NCBI RefSeq assembly: GCF_001462395.1
Contig: NZ_LNTB01000001.1
Coordinates: 300,001-332,000, forward strand
Direction: 5' to 3'
Origin: Pyrodictium occultum
GTDB lineage: Archaea > Thermoproteota > Thermoprotei_A > Sulfolobales > Pyrodictiaceae
Length of the DNA: 32,000 nt
Made by a program: the position numbers and the translations under genes. A model generated the notes under the pieces. The model had not been told where the DNA came from. It saw only the letters and a program-made list of their open reading frames with translations, and did no database searches. This document shows positions 22,728 to 31,261 of this stretch, one piece after another (the stretch's first letter is position 1; each line of letters opens with the position of its first letter).

Positions 22728-23162
22728 TCACCCCTGGCTCCGCCGCGTCCTGGGCTCCCGGAGGGCTGGGCGGAAGGCGATGCCGTAGGCTATGAGGCCG
22801 TGCTCGCCGTCGCGCCTTATCCTGCGGAGCACCGCCTCAACCCTCATACCGGTCCGTATCTCGCCGGGCTCGACGTCGGTGAGCGGGGCCAGCACCCTGG
22901 TGCCGTCGTCCAGCCTGACCACGGCCACCGGGTGGGGCGCCCTGTCCCGGAACCCGTCCATCACAGTGTATATCACCGCGTAGGTCTCGACCACGCCGGT
23001 GCGGGGCAGCTCGACCTCCTCGAGCTCCCTGGAGCCGCAGTAGGGGCAGGCCGGCCGGGGCGGGTAGTGGCGGCGGCCGCAGCGCCTGCACTGCCTGCCG
23101 GCCAGACGGTAGCGGGGTATGCGCTCCCTCCAGACCCTCGCGGGGGATATGCGCAGGGCCAC
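22728..23162 (-). CDS. DUF35 OB-fold / zinc-ribbon protein (scaffold of the archaeal thiolase-HMG-CoA synthase complex)
   Basis: RLAGRQCRRCGRRHYPPRPACPYCGS is the Zn ribbon, followed by an OB-fold (GVVETYAVIYT..., VAVVRLDDGTRVLAPL). It is positioned between the thiolase gene and hmgA. Confidence 0.85.
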   Translation of the reverse strand: MALRISPARVWRERIPRYRLAGRQCRRCGRRHYPPRPACPYCGSRELEEVELPRTGVVETYAVIYTVMDGFRDRAPHPVAVVRLDDGTRVLAPLTDVEPGEIRTGMRVEAVLRRIRRDGEHGLIAYGIAFRPALREPRTRRSQG

Positions 23163-23186
23163 TGCTCCCGGGCCTCCCTCCAGCCC

Positions 23187-24350
23187 CTAGGCGTGGCGCA
23201 GGATAAAGGCTGTGAGGGTTGAGCCGTCGCCGCCCATGTTAACCGCTATCCCCGTCTCGGCCCCCTCGACCCGGACCCCGGGGAAGTCGCCGCGGATCTG
23301 CATCGCCACCTCCGCCACCTGGTAGACGCCGGTGGCGCCGACAGGGTGGCCCCTGGCCTTGAGGCCGCCGCTGGGGTTGAGGGTCGGCCGGTCCCCGGGG
23401 CGGAACCTCCCCTCCGCCAGCGCCCTGGCCGCCTTGCCCCTCTCGGCGAAGCCCAGCTCCTCTATGAGGAGTATAGCGTTTATCGTAAAGGCGTCGTGTA
23501 TCTCGCCCACGTCTATGTCCTCGGGCCTCACCCCTGCGGCGCGGAGGGCCTGCTCGGCCGCCATCCTGGCGGCGGGGATCCGGTCGAGGGCCTCCCGGCT
23601 GCCCAGCTCCACCGTGTCGGTGGCCGCCCCGGCCCCGGCTATGTAGACGCTGGGCTTCTCGGGGAGCTTCGAGGCAAGCTCCTCGGAGACGAGGAGGACG
23701 GCGGCGGCCCCATCGCCTATCGGGCTGCTGTCGAGCAGCCTTATCGGGTCGGCCACCACCTGGCTCCTCGCCACGTCCTCCCTGGTTATCCTCCTGCGGA
23801 GCTGCGCGTAGGGGTTGATGAGCGCGTTCTCGTGCATCATCACCGGCCACTCGCTCATCGTGTCCCGGTCGACGCCGTACCGCTCCATGTAGTACCTCAT
23901 CATGAGGGCGTTGAGCCCGGTGAAGCTAGCCCCGTAGAAGAGCTCATACTCCGCGTCCGCCGCCTGCGCCAGCGCCGAGGTGACGGTGGAGGTGGGGTAG
24001 TCGGTCATCTTCTCCACGCCGACCACGAGCACGCTGTCCACGAGCCCGGAACGCACCATGGCGTAGCCGGTGTAGAGGCCGGCGCCACCGCTGCCGCAGG
24101 CCGCCTCCACGTGCAGGGCGGGCCTCCCCCTCAGCCCTATCCCCGAGGCTATGTAGGCGCCGAGGCTGTCCTGCTCCTGGAGCCTGCTGGCCAGCATGTT
24201 GGTGACCACCACCGCGCCGGGCTCCACCCCAGCCTCGTCGATCGCCCTGAAAGCAGCCTCGGCCGCGAGGTCGAGGAGGCCGCGGCCGTAGTGGCGCCCG
24301 ACCCTGGTCACGCCGACCCCGGCCACGTACACCCTGGCCACCGCTCCCAC
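23187..24350 (-). CDS. Acetyl-CoA C-acetyltransferase (archaeal thiolase)
   Basis: VYVAGVGVTRVGRHY..., AACGSGGAGL (active-site Cys), ...NPSGGLKARGHPVGATG..., 387 aa. Confidence 0.9.
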   Translation of the reverse strand: MGAVARVYVAGVGVTRVGRHYGRGLLDLAAEAAFRAIDEAGVEPGAVVVTNMLASRLQEQDSLGAYIASGIGLRGRPALHVEAACGSGGAGLYTGYAMVRSGLVDSVLVVGVEKMTDYPTSTVTSALAQAADAEYELFYGASFTGLNALMMRYYMERYGVDRDTMSEWPVMMHENALINPYAQLRRRITREDVARSQVVADPIRLLDSSPIGDGAAAVLLVSEELASKLPEKPSVYIAGAGAATDTVELGSREALDRIPAARMAAEQALRAAGVRPEDIDVGEIHDAFTINAILLIEELGFAERGKAARALAEGRFRPGDRPTLNPSGGLKARGHPVGATGVYQVAEVAMQIRGDFPGVRVEGAETGIAVNMGGDGSTLTAFILRHA

Positions 24351-24353
24351 CCT

Positions 24354-25433
24354 CTAAGCTATCCTCGTGTAGAGTCCCCTCATCTTAGCGTAGACCGCGT
24401 AGTCCACGTACCTCTTCGCCTCCATGTAGTCGTCCACGCTGGGGGCCCGGCCCCTCCTCTCCTCTATCCTGTCGGTGACCAGGAAGCTGTAGGCGTCGCT
24501 GCCCGCGCCGCTGCCGAAGGGGGCTAGGAGTATCCTCTGCCCGGGCCTAGCCTGGTCCAGCACCCTGGCGAAGCCGAGGAGGGCGCTGGCGTTGTATGTA
24601 TTGCCTATCCTGGGGGTGACAAGGCCGGGGAGCACCTTCTCCCTGGGGAAGCCGAGCCTCTGAGCCACCCGCAGGGGGAACCTCCCGTTGGGCTGGTGGA
24701 AGACGGCGTAGTCGAAGTCGCCGGGGCGCAGCCCGAGCCTCTCCATGAGCCCCTTCACCGCGCTCTCTATGTGGTGGAAGTAGGCCGGCTCGCCGGTGAA
24801 CCCCTCGCCGTGGAGGGGGTAGGGGCTGTGGGCGCCCCTCCAGAAGTCGGGGGTGTCGGTCACGTAGGTGTAGACGCCCTCCAGCACCGCGACGCTGTCG
24901 CCCGAGGGCCCGACGACGAGGGCCGCCGCGCCGCTCGCGGCGGTGAACTCCAGCACATCCCCGGGGCTGGCCTGCGCCGTGTCGGAGCCTATCACCAGCG
25001 CGTACTCCACGTGGCCCGCCTCCACCAGGGCCAGGGCGGAGCGGAGCCCCTCGCTGGCGGCGCGGCAGGCGAACTCCAGGTCGGAGGCCATGGTCTCGGG
25101 TGTCACCCCGAGCGCCTCGGCCACTATGGTGGCCGAGGGCTTCACCGCGTAGGGCTTCGACTCGGTGCCGAAGAAGACGGCGCCTATTCTCCCAGGCTCC
25201 ACGCCGGCCCTGGCTATAGCGTTGAGCGCCGCCTCCACGCCCATAGTGACCGAGTCCTCGTCTACGCCCGCAACAGCCTTCTCCTCCACGCCGAGGCTCC
25301 TGGGGACGCTGGGCTCCCAGCCCCAGACCCTAGCTATCTCCTCGGCCTTAACCCTGTAGCGGGGCACGTAGGCGCCCCAGCCTGCTATGCCGCTGCCCCG
25401 CGCCAAGACAGGCACGCCATGCACGCCGGGCAT
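24354..25433 (-). CDS. Hydroxymethylglutaryl-CoA synthase (archaeal)
   Basis: MPGVHGVPVLARGSGIAGWGAYVPRYRV..., FACRAASEG (Cys), VFHQPNGRFP, IGNTYNASAL. I trimmed the track ORF (to 25652) to the ATG at 25433, because the upstream 73 codons are Trp/Arg/Pro junk overlapping the neighbouring gene fragment. Confidence 0.9.
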   Translation of the reverse strand: MPGVHGVPVLARGSGIAGWGAYVPRYRVKAEEIARVWGWEPSVPRSLGVEEKAVAGVDEDSVTMGVEAALNAIARAGVEPGRIGAVFFGTESKPYAVKPSATIVAEALGVTPETMASDLEFACRAASEGLRSALALVEAGHVEYALVIGSDTAQASPGDVLEFTAASGAAALVVGPSGDSVAVLEGVYTYVTDTPDFWRGAHSPYPLHGEGFTGEPAYFHHIESAVKGLMERLGLRPGDFDYAVFHQPNGRFPLRVAQRLGFPREKVLPGLVTPRIGNTYNASALLGFARVLDQARPGQRILLAPFGSGAGSDAYSFLVTDRIEERRGRAPSVDDYMEAKRYVDYAVYAKMRGLYTRIA

Positions 25434-25477
25434 GGCCGGGGCGTGGTAGAAGAGCCCTTCCCCTCCAGCAGTAGTCG

Positions 25478-25490
25478 AATACCTTTTTAG
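25478..25490 (-). promoter_or_regulatory. TATA-like box for the mevalonate operon (minus strand CTAAAAAGGTATT)
   Basis: It is the only AT-rich element upstream of the HMG-CoA synthase ATG, about 45-55 nt away. Confidence 0.4.
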
Positions 25491-25530
25491 ACGATAGACG
25501 TAGCGGCCCCGTGGCAGCGCCAGGGCCCGC

Positions 25531-26366
25531 CTAGCCCGCCGCGCCGCAGGCCCGGTGGGCGGTCTCCACCACGAGGGCGGCGTAGCGGGCGGGGCCCAGC
25601 ACGTCCACCGCCTCCACGTGGCCCGCGCCCGGCAGCTCCACCAGGCGGCCACAGGGGCTGAGCCCGGCTATCTTCCCCGCCTCCTCCCTCGTCACCAGGG
25701 GTCGCGGCCGCCATGGATCACGAGGAGCGGCTTATCCAGCTTCCTCACCTCGGCCGGGCCGAAGCCGGCGTCTATACCGTAGAGCGCTGAGGCGTAGGCG
25801 GCGGCGAGGCTGCCGATCCAGCCGGGCAGCGGCGTCTTGTACTCGATCCACCTGGGGACCACCAGGCGGAGGCTGTAGTAGGGGCTATCGGCCACCACCG
25901 CGTAGACCCTCGGGTCCCTGGAGCCCTCCACCACCGCCACCGCCGCCCCCATGCTGAAGCCAACCAGCGCTATCCTCTTATGGGGGAAGCGGGAGGCTGT
26001 GTAGCCCACCACCGCCTCGGCGTCCAGCACCTCCCTGGGCCCGATAGTGGTGGTGCCGCCGCTGAGCCCGTGGCCCCGGAAGTCGAAGACCACCACCGGG
26101 TACCCCATGGAGACCAGCTGCCTGGCTAGCAGCATCACGTAGTGGGAGCTGCGGCAGCCGGTATAGCCGTGCATCAGTATGAACACCGTGTCGCCGGGCC
26201 CCTGGGGGTTGAGCACCCAGCCCCTCAACACCACGCCGTCCCTCGTCGACACGTTGAAGTCCTCGTGGCTCGTCCAGCCCGGCGGCTGGCCCGGCCTGCA
26301 GCGGGCGGGGTGGAGGCCGCTGTAGGCCACGTAGAGCGGGAGAGCGGCCAGCAGGACGATCGCCAC
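25531..26366 (-). pseudogene. Alpha/beta-fold serine hydrolase, split by a 1-nt frameshift in a C4 run (coding strand)
   Basis: The first frame (26366..25692) has an N-terminal anchor, HGYTG, the nucleophile elbow GFSMGAAV, and ends ...LLVIHGGRDPW*. The adjacent frame continues LVTREEAGKIAGLSPCGRLVELPGAGHVEAVD...*, carrying the catalytic-His motif, down to the stop at 25531-25533. The slip is at gggg 25698-25701. Confidence 0.7.
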
Positions 26367-26484
26367 GGCGGCCGCGGCGGCCGCCCCTGCCCTGGCGGCA
26401 CGGCTAGCCAGGCCCGGCCACCCCCGGGCTTACAGGGTAGCGGGAAGGCGAAATATTACAGCGCCGGGGCCGCGGGCCCCCTTC

Positions 26485-28662
26485 TCAGCGTCCCTCCGGC
26501 AGCTCGTCCACCAGCGCGGCGAGCGCGGAGGCCACGGCGGCCGCCCGGAGGAGGAGCCTGCTCTGGAGCACCACGCCAGCAGCAGCCGCCGCGATGAAGG
26601 GCCAGGGGCTGTAGCCCCTACCGCCCCTCCCCGGGGGAGCGGCCGCGAGCACCGCCATCGTGTCGGGGCTGTAGGCGGCGAGCGCCGCCAGGAGGAGCCT
26701 GGGCCTCCCCTCGAGGAGCACGGCGAGCCCCGCCCCCGCGGCGGAGGCGGCGAGGGCCCTGGGGGAGAAGGGCCCCGCGGCGGAGGCGGCGGCGAGCCCG
26801 GCAGCCATGCCTAGGAGGTAGAGGCCCCGGCGCAGCCTGTCCCCCTGGAGCCCGGCGAGCCCCGCGTAGAGGGGGCTGGGCGCCAGGAGCCCGGCGGCGA
26901 GGCCGTCGAGGAGCCCCGGCCCGGCGGAGGCCGCCACGGCCAGCACGGGGGCGAAGACCCCGGCGGGCCCCGTGTAGGCCAGGAGGCCCAGAGCGAGCCA
27001 GGAGCCTGCCACCAGGAGGGGGCTCCTCCTGCCCGGCAGGTGGTGGAGGGGGGCGAGCCTGTAGCCCAGGACCAGGTAGAAGCTGGCGGCGGAGGCGGCG
27101 AGGAGGAGGCGGGCCAGCTTGCCCCCGGAGGCGAGCGCCGCCAGGAGCGGCGCCTCGCCCGCAGCCCAGCCGGGCCAGGGCGCCCCGTGGGCCAGCGCCG
27201 CGGAGGCGAGGGCGCCCACGGAGGCGGAGAGCCCGGCGAGCCAGCGGACGCCCGTGTCGCTGGCGAGGCAGAGGCGGGTGCTCTCCACCCCGAGTATCCT
27301 GGCCTCCGGGCGGGCCGCCGGGGAGGCGGCGAGCACCACGCCGGAGAGCATGGAGAGCTGGACCCCGTAGAAGTTGTAGAGCGTGTGGTTGCCCGCGGCG
27401 TAGACGGCGGCGTAGCCGAGGACGGCGGAGACCAGGGCGGCGGAGGCTGCGGCGGGGCCCGGCCGCGGCCTGAGGCCCAGGCAGGCCTCCAGCCCCGCTG
27501 CCAGCAGCAAGGCCGCCGCTGCGAGGAGGGCGGGCAGCGTCACCAGGGGGCTGGAGGCGGCCACGAGGTAGGGCTTGCCGCCGAGGTAGTAGAGGGTGAA
27601 GCCGGGGGTGCCGAGGAGGAGGCCCAGAGGCCCGGTGGAGGGGGGCCCGCCCGGCGGCCTGCTGGTGGTGTGCCAGCGCAGCGCCCCGAGCATCTCGTTG
27701 AGCCACCTCGCCGGCCCCATCCAGTGTATGAAAGGCGCCCAGAGGGCGAGCACCACGAGGATGGGGATGGAGGCGAGCAGCAGCGTCCTCCCGGGCCTCT
27801 CCCGGCGGAGCAGCGCGTAGACGAGGATGGCCGGGAGGGGGAAGAGCCCAGTGTACTTCGCCGAGCCCGCCAGCCCGGTGAAGACCGCCGCGAGGAGGGG
27901 GCGGTCGTACAGCAGCGCCGCGGCAGCCGCGGCGTCGAGGCCCGCGGCGTAGACGTCGAGCATGGCCACCGCCGACATTGACTGCACGCTCCTATCCAGC
28001 GCCGCGAGGGCGAGGGGGGCCAGGGCGGCGAGCGCGCCGAGGACGGGCGGGGAGCGGCGCATCGCCCAGAGGGCTGAGGCGGCCACAGCCGCCAGCCCCA
28101 GCGCCGCCGCGGCGAAGCTGGCCCAGCGGAGGGCGGGGAAGCTGAACCCCCGGGCCCTCATCACGGCGGCGAGGATGTACTTGACCAGCGGGGGGTGCTC
28201 GGTGTTCAGGTAATTGTCTATATTCTCCTCGTCGGGCATGACCCCGGGGACCACGTCGGTGAAGCAGGTCGAGCGCCTAGGCAGGGAGAGGGCGAGGCTA
28301 TGCTCCCCAACGGGGACCACGACCACGAGGACGTGTATCTTCTCGTACCTCCTGGAGGTTATGGCCGAGCCCGGGAGGAGGCTGTGCAGCAGGACGCTGG
28401 CCTCGGCGCCGCTGCAGTCGCCGGGGTTGTAGAACACAGTGTAGACCGCGTGGCTGGCGTTCACCCTGGGCACCATGCTCCAGCCGAGCACCTTCCTGGC
28501 CACGTTGACCGAGGCAGGTATATACCACACCTCGTCGCTGATGTAGTCGTCTATCCCGAGGGTCTTGTTGAGCCCCTCAACGTAGAGGGTCAGCAGCGAG
28601 GCGAGGTAGACCACGAGTACCAGGAGCACCCCCAGCAGGCCACGCCCATCCCTGGCCGGCAA
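26485..28662 (-). CDS. GT-C fold membrane glycosyltransferase (GT39 / PMT_2 / ArnT-like, polyprenyl-phosphate-sugar dependent)
   Basis: 725 aa with many TM segments. The first extracytoplasmic loop has an acidic motif (DDYISDEVWYIP), then TEHPPLVKYILAA typical of this family. There is no WWDYG, so it is not AglB/STT3. Confidence 0.7.
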   Translation of the reverse strand: MPARDGRGLLGVLLVLVVYLASLLTLYVEGLNKTLGIDDYISDEVWYIPASVNVARKVLGWSMVPRVNASHAVYTVFYNPGDCSGAEASVLLHSLLPGSAITSRRYEKIHVLVVVVPVGEHSLALSLPRRSTCFTDVVPGVMPDEENIDNYLNTEHPPLVKYILAAVMRARGFSFPALRWASFAAAALGLAAVAASALWAMRRSPPVLGALAALAPLALAALDRSVQSMSAVAMLDVYAAGLDAAAAAALLYDRPLLAAVFTGLAGSAKYTGLFPLPAILVYALLRRERPGRTLLLASIPILVVLALWAPFIHWMGPARWLNEMLGALRWHTTSRPPGGPPSTGPLGLLLGTPGFTLYYLGGKPYLVAASSPLVTLPALLAAAALLLAAGLEACLGLRPRPGPAAASAALVSAVLGYAAVYAAGNHTLYNFYGVQLSMLSGVVLAASPAARPEARILGVESTRLCLASDTGVRWLAGLSASVGALASAALAHGAPWPGWAAGEAPLLAALASGGKLARLLLAASAASFYLVLGYRLAPLHHLPGRRSPLLVAGSWLALGLLAYTGPAGVFAPVLAVAASAGPGLLDGLAAGLLAPSPLYAGLAGLQGDRLRRGLYLLGMAAGLAAASAAGPFSPRALAASAAGAGLAVLLEGRPRLLLAALAAYSPDTMAVLAAAPPGRGGRGYSPWPFIAAAAAGVVLQSRLLLRAAAVASALAALVDELPEGR

Positions 28663-28672
28663 GACGGCGGCC

Positions 28673-28706
28673 CCTCTAGCCCCCAGGGCTGTCGCGGGGC
28701 TAGAGG
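28673..28706. promoter_or_regulatory. Perfect 11-bp inverted repeat in the divergent intergenic region
   Basis: cctctagcccc (28673-28683) and ggggctagagg (28696-28706) flank a 12-nt spacer, 11 nt upstream of the GT-C start. A 10-bp palindrome tacatatgta lies at 28797-28806. Confidence 0.3.
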
Positions 28707-28904
28707 CCCCCCGGGCAGGATATTGCAGCTACCGCCTCCAGGCGGGATGGCGTAGGAGAAGCCTATGCCCCGAAGCCCCGGGGGCCATGGGGCAACATAC
28801 ATATGTACTTTTGGTACAGCAATAGCCTTGCTGGGGCACGGGAGAGGACTATCTAGAGGCCACTACCCCGGCGCATCCCACCCGGGTACCGAGGTACTTG
28901 GCCC

Positions 28905-30110
28905 TTGAAGCCCGCTGGGCGGCCCGCCAGCCCCATGGGGGTATCACACCTTGTTACAAGCGCGCTCCTGCTGCTAGTCAGCGTCATATCCATCGCCTTC
29001 ATCTACATCTATGCAGTGCATGTAGCGGAGGGGCCCTCGGGGAGCCCCGCCAACGCCAGGCACGCGGTGTACTCGGCCATAAGGATCGAGGTTGCGGGAG
29101 GCGGCCCGGGCTACATAGTGGTCTACGCGCGCAGCCTTGGGGAGCCCACCAGCATAACACACATCTACATATACGATGATGGTGGCAGGCTTCTAGGCGT
29201 CTACAGGCCCGCCAAGCCCGTCAGGGTTGAGCCGGGCAGGCCCGCGGCGGTGGCTATCCCCCTCATCCTGGTTCCGGGGCTCCGAGGCTACACCGGCGGG
29301 CTGCGCGTGGTGGTTTCAACAAGCTCTGGCACGCTCGGCGTAGGCTACGTCGACACCTCTGCCGCGAGGAGCCCCATTACGGTCATAGGGCTGCTGGCGG
29401 GCGAGGACGTGAGCTGCGACCTCGGCAACCTCAGCGTAGACCCCGGCCAGATGCACTGGTTCTACATGGACCTCGCCACCGGCCGCTACGATTTCAGGTA
29501 CACCACCAGCAGCGGCGTAGCGGGGGCCAGCGGCTACACAAAGGTGTTCATAGACTCCAGCGTGCTGGACCTCTATAGCATGAGGGACAGCTGGGAGGAG
29601 AGGCACAAGCTCGGCCCCGCCGTCCTGTTCATAAACCCGTACCGGGCTGGGGAGGAGTATAACGTGACGGTCATAGACATCAATGGCAATAAGCATGTAT
29701 TCACGCTCCCCAAGCTGGTGGATGACCCGGACAAGGTGGTTATAGACGCGCTGCTGCTCTGGGAGGATCTATGGAAGCCTGTTGACGGCGGGAACCTCGA
29801 CAACTACATAGACCATGTAGTGAGGGTAACCATATTCGCGAACTCGACTGTGAGGATAGAGCCCATCCGGGCCAGCGGCTGCTACCTCCACATGTTCCTC
29901 TACAGCCCCAGGGGGCTCCCCAGCATAGACAGCGTGCCGGATCTCATCAGGGAGTACATGGAGAATAATTATAGGCTCCCCGCGGGCGCTGGAGCCGTCT
30001 ACGTGAAGGCTCATGGTGCCTGGCTGCCGCCGGCGGGCACGGGCCATCTATGGGACCCGGTGAAGGGTGAATGGGTGGCGACCTGGCCGCCGGTGTTCGT
30101 GGTAAGGTAG
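28905..30110 (+). CDS. Large surface protein with an archaeal type IV pilin-like (class III) signal peptide
   Basis: MKPAGRPASPMG|VSHLVTSALLLLVSVISIAFIYIY matches the short charged leader - G - hydrophobic helix pattern cleaved by PibD/FlaK-type peptidases. The body is beta-rich with NLS, NVT and NST sequons. It is visibly less G+C-rich than its neighbours. Confidence 0.6.
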   Translation: MKPAGRPASPMGVSHLVTSALLLLVSVISIAFIYIYAVHVAEGPSGSPANARHAVYSAIRIEVAGGGPGYIVVYARSLGEPTSITHIYIYDDGGRLLGVYRPAKPVRVEPGRPAAVAIPLILVPGLRGYTGGLRVVVSTSSGTLGVGYVDTSAARSPITVIGLLAGEDVSCDLGNLSVDPGQMHWFYMDLATGRYDFRYTTSSGVAGASGYTKVFIDSSVLDLYSMRDSWEERHKLGPAVLFINPYRAGEEYNVTVIDINGNKHVFTLPKLVDDPDKVVIDALLLWEDLWKPVDGGNLDNYIDHVVRVTIFANSTVRIEPIRASGCYLHMFLYSPRGLPSIDSVPDLIREYMENNYRLPAGAGAVYVKAHGAWLPPAGTGHLWDPVKGEWVATWPPVFVVR

Positions 30111-31222
30111 CGGGGGGCGCCGAGGAGGGCGGGGAGCCCCTGGTATCCATCGTAGTCCCCACGTACAATGAGCGGGAAAACATACCCAGGCTCCTAGATG
30201 AGCTGGACCGGGTGCTGGGGGGCCGGGGTATAAGCTACGAGGTAGTCGTGGTTGATGACGACAGCCCGGACGGGACCTGGAGGGCCGCCGAGGAGTACGC
30301 GAGGCGCCGCGGGCTCCCGGTCAGGGTTGTCCGGAGGGTCGGGGAGCGGGGGCTCGGGAGCGCTATAGCCAGGGGCCTCAGGGAGGCCCGGGGCCGCTAC
30401 ATAGTGGTCATGGACGCGGATCTCCAGCACCCGCCGGAGGCTGTGCCGAGGCTCCTCGAGGAGGCGCTGAGGAGCGGGGCCGACCTGGTGGTCGCCTCCC
30501 GCTACACCCGCGGCGGGGGCGTGGAGGGGTGGAGCAGGCTCCGGCTCCTCATCTCCCGCGTCGCCTGCTTCCTAGCCCACCTCCTCCTCCCCGAGTCCCG
30601 GGCGACGAGCGACCCGATGAGCGGCTTCTTCCTCGTCTCCCGGAGGCTCGCCGGGAGGGTGCCCGAGAGGCCTAGGAGCTGGAAGGTGCTACTCGACCTC
30701 CTCGTGGCGGCGGAGGGGAGGGTGTCGGAGGTCCCCTACGTCTTCCGCCGCCGCGCCGCGGGCGAGAGCAAGCTCGGTCTGAGGGAGATGGCCGGCTACG
30801 TGCTCCACCTGCTTAGGCTCTCCGGCTACCGGCCCCTCAGGTTCGCGGCCGTGGGGGCCTCGGGGACCCTGGTCAACCTCGGGGTCCTGGGCCTCCTCCA
30901 CGGCCGGCTCGGGCTCCCCCTGCCCCCCAGCCTCCTGGCCGCCTACGAGGCCTCGCTGACCTGGAACTACGTGCTCCACGACTCCTGGACCTTCAGGGGC
31001 CAGAGGCCCCCGGGGAGGCTCAGCTGGCTCCGCCACTGGGTGCGCTACCACGCCGCCGCGGCGGCCGGGATGGCCTCCTACCTGGCTGTTGGCGAGGCTC
31101 TCGCCAGGCTCGGGGTCCACTACCTGCTGGCGGCCTTCCTCGGGATACTGGCGGGGTTCGCAGCCAACTTCACCATATCCTCGCTCCGGGTCTGGACAGG
31201 GCCACGCCGGGCGGAAGCCTAA
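30071..31222 (+). CDS. GT2 dolichyl/polyprenyl-phosphate glycosyltransferase (DPM1-like) fused to a GtrA-like membrane domain
   Basis: VSIVVPTYNERENI, VVVVDDDSPDGT, VVMDADLQHPPE, SGFFLV, then a 4-TM GtrA-like tail (FAAVGASGTLVNLGVLGLL...). The start is uncertain because the ORF overlaps the previous gene by 40 nt. Confidence 0.85.
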   Translation: MGGDLAAGVRGKVAGGAEEGGEPLVSIVVPTYNERENIPRLLDELDRVLGGRGISYEVVVVDDDSPDGTWRAAEEYARRRGLPVRVVRRVGERGLGSAIARGLREARGRYIVVMDADLQHPPEAVPRLLEEALRSGADLVVASRYTRGGGVEGWSRLRLLISRVACFLAHLLLPESRATSDPMSGFFLVSRRLAGRVPERPRSWKVLLDLLVAAEGRVSEVPYVFRRRAAGESKLGLREMAGYVLHLLRLSGYRPLRFAAVGASGTLVNLGVLGLLHGRLGLPLPPSLLAAYEASLTWNYVLHDSWTFRGQRPPGRLSWLRHWVRYHAAAAAGMASYLAVGEALARLGVHYLLAAFLGILAGFAANFTISSLRVWTGPRRAEA

Positions 31223-31261
31223 TGGCCGCCTCGGGGCCTGCCGGGCCCCGGCGCAGGTGTC

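Noticed and set aside
22134-27981. Large shadow ORFs at 22134..23222 +, 23239..23850 -, 23346..24527 +, 24696..25490 +, 26618..27706 - and 27040..27981 +.
   Set aside because: They overlap hmgA, DUF35, thiolase, HMGCS and the GT-C gene. Their open frames are a consequence of stop-codon scarcity at high G+C.
26485-28662. The large membrane glycosyltransferase as the oligosaccharyltransferase AglB/STT3.
   Set aside because: It has no WWDYG motif or DK/MI-type motif. The loop-1 DE motif and EHPPL box fit the PMT/ArnT-like GT-C families better.
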